From an uncultured Clostridia bacterium (GTDB lineage Bacteria > Bacillota > Clostridia > TANB77 > CAG-508), in NCBI GenBank assembly GCA_934183305.1, contig CAKPSF010000002.1, forward strand, positions 145,395 to 209,394: a stretch of DNA of 64,000 bases, given 5' to 3'. The position numbers were made by a program, and so were the translations under genes. The notes below the pieces were generated by a model that was not told where the DNA came from, ran no database searches, and saw only the letters and a program-made list of their open reading frames with translations. Below, piece by piece: positions 63,675 to 64,000 of this stretch (positions are counted from its first letter, which is position 1; each line of letters begins with the position of its first letter).

Positions 63675-64000
63675 ATGTGTGGCTATTCTGGTTTTTGTAA
63701 TTTAAATAGTGATATATCAACAGCTAACAATATTGATATATTAAAAAAGCTAACTAAAGCTTTAACGCATCGTGGTCCAGATGAAGAAGGATATTTTACA
63801 CAAGAACACATTAATTTAGGACACAGAAGATTAATAATTATAGATGCTGAAAATGGTAAACAACCTATGAGTTTTAAATATAATGATAATATTTATACTA
63901 TAGTATATAATGGTCAGCTTTATAATGCAAAAGATATAAGAGAAAATTTAATTGCTGCTGGTTTTGACTTTAATGGTTATTCAGATACAGAAGTTATTTT
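63675..64000 (+). CDS. asnB: asparagine synthase (glutamine-hydrolysing), 5' partial
   Basis: MCGYSGF... Ntn class-II amidotransferase start, RGPDEEGY, HRRLIIID. GGAGG RBS. Runs off the window. Confidence 0.85.
   Translation, partial: MCGYSGFCNLNSDISTANNIDILKKLTKALTHRGPDEEGYFTQEHINLGHRRLIIIDAENGKQPMSFKYNDNIYTIVYNGQLYNAKDIRENLIAAGFDFNGYSDTEVI

Overview
Low-GC (about 25-30% by eye) Bacillota/Clostridia-like chromosomal segment with about 90% of genes on the minus strand.
Core content: clpC, dnaE, ppaC, mnmA, rplU-rpmA, dnaG-rpoD, a carD-like gene, tyrS behind a T-box, hemW, a short whiA, prmC, rbgA-mrnC, divIVA, sepF, miaA, mutL, groES-groEL with CIRCE, pyrG, the asnB 5' end, five tRNAs, a two-component system, and a folate-type ECF transporter behind a THF riboswitch.
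Accessory or unusual content:
(1) A 6.5-kb inovirus-like prophage (Rep_trans-type Rep, Zot-like ATPase, duplicated tiny coat genes, tyrosine integrase, XRE repressor) sits in tRNA-Met with perfect 45-bp att repeats.
(2) Three paralogous proteins have pseudopilin-like N-termini. Two end in FGE/C-type-lectin-like domains whose last ~40 codons have the adenine-poor, NNC-rich signature of DGR variable regions. No RT or template repeat is in the window.
(3) A convergent 36-aa hydrophobic peptide gene and a promoter-plus-terminator sRNA unit share a bidirectional terminator, a type I toxin-antitoxin-like layout.
(4) A complete micro-gene carries a (TG)12 microsatellite in frame.
(5) A ParA/MinD-like protein carries two eukaryote-style AT-hooks and six LPGF(D/E) repeats.
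(6) A mini MutS-domain-I-like plus mini OB-fold cassette and a heavily structured GC-rich spacer lie upstream of dnaE.
(7) Frameshift-split dnaG, a split beta-helix surface gene, and a phage g3p-like gene split at a T7 run.
All coordinates, motif calls and counts were made by hand from the sequence. Family assignments come from remembered motifs, not database searches.
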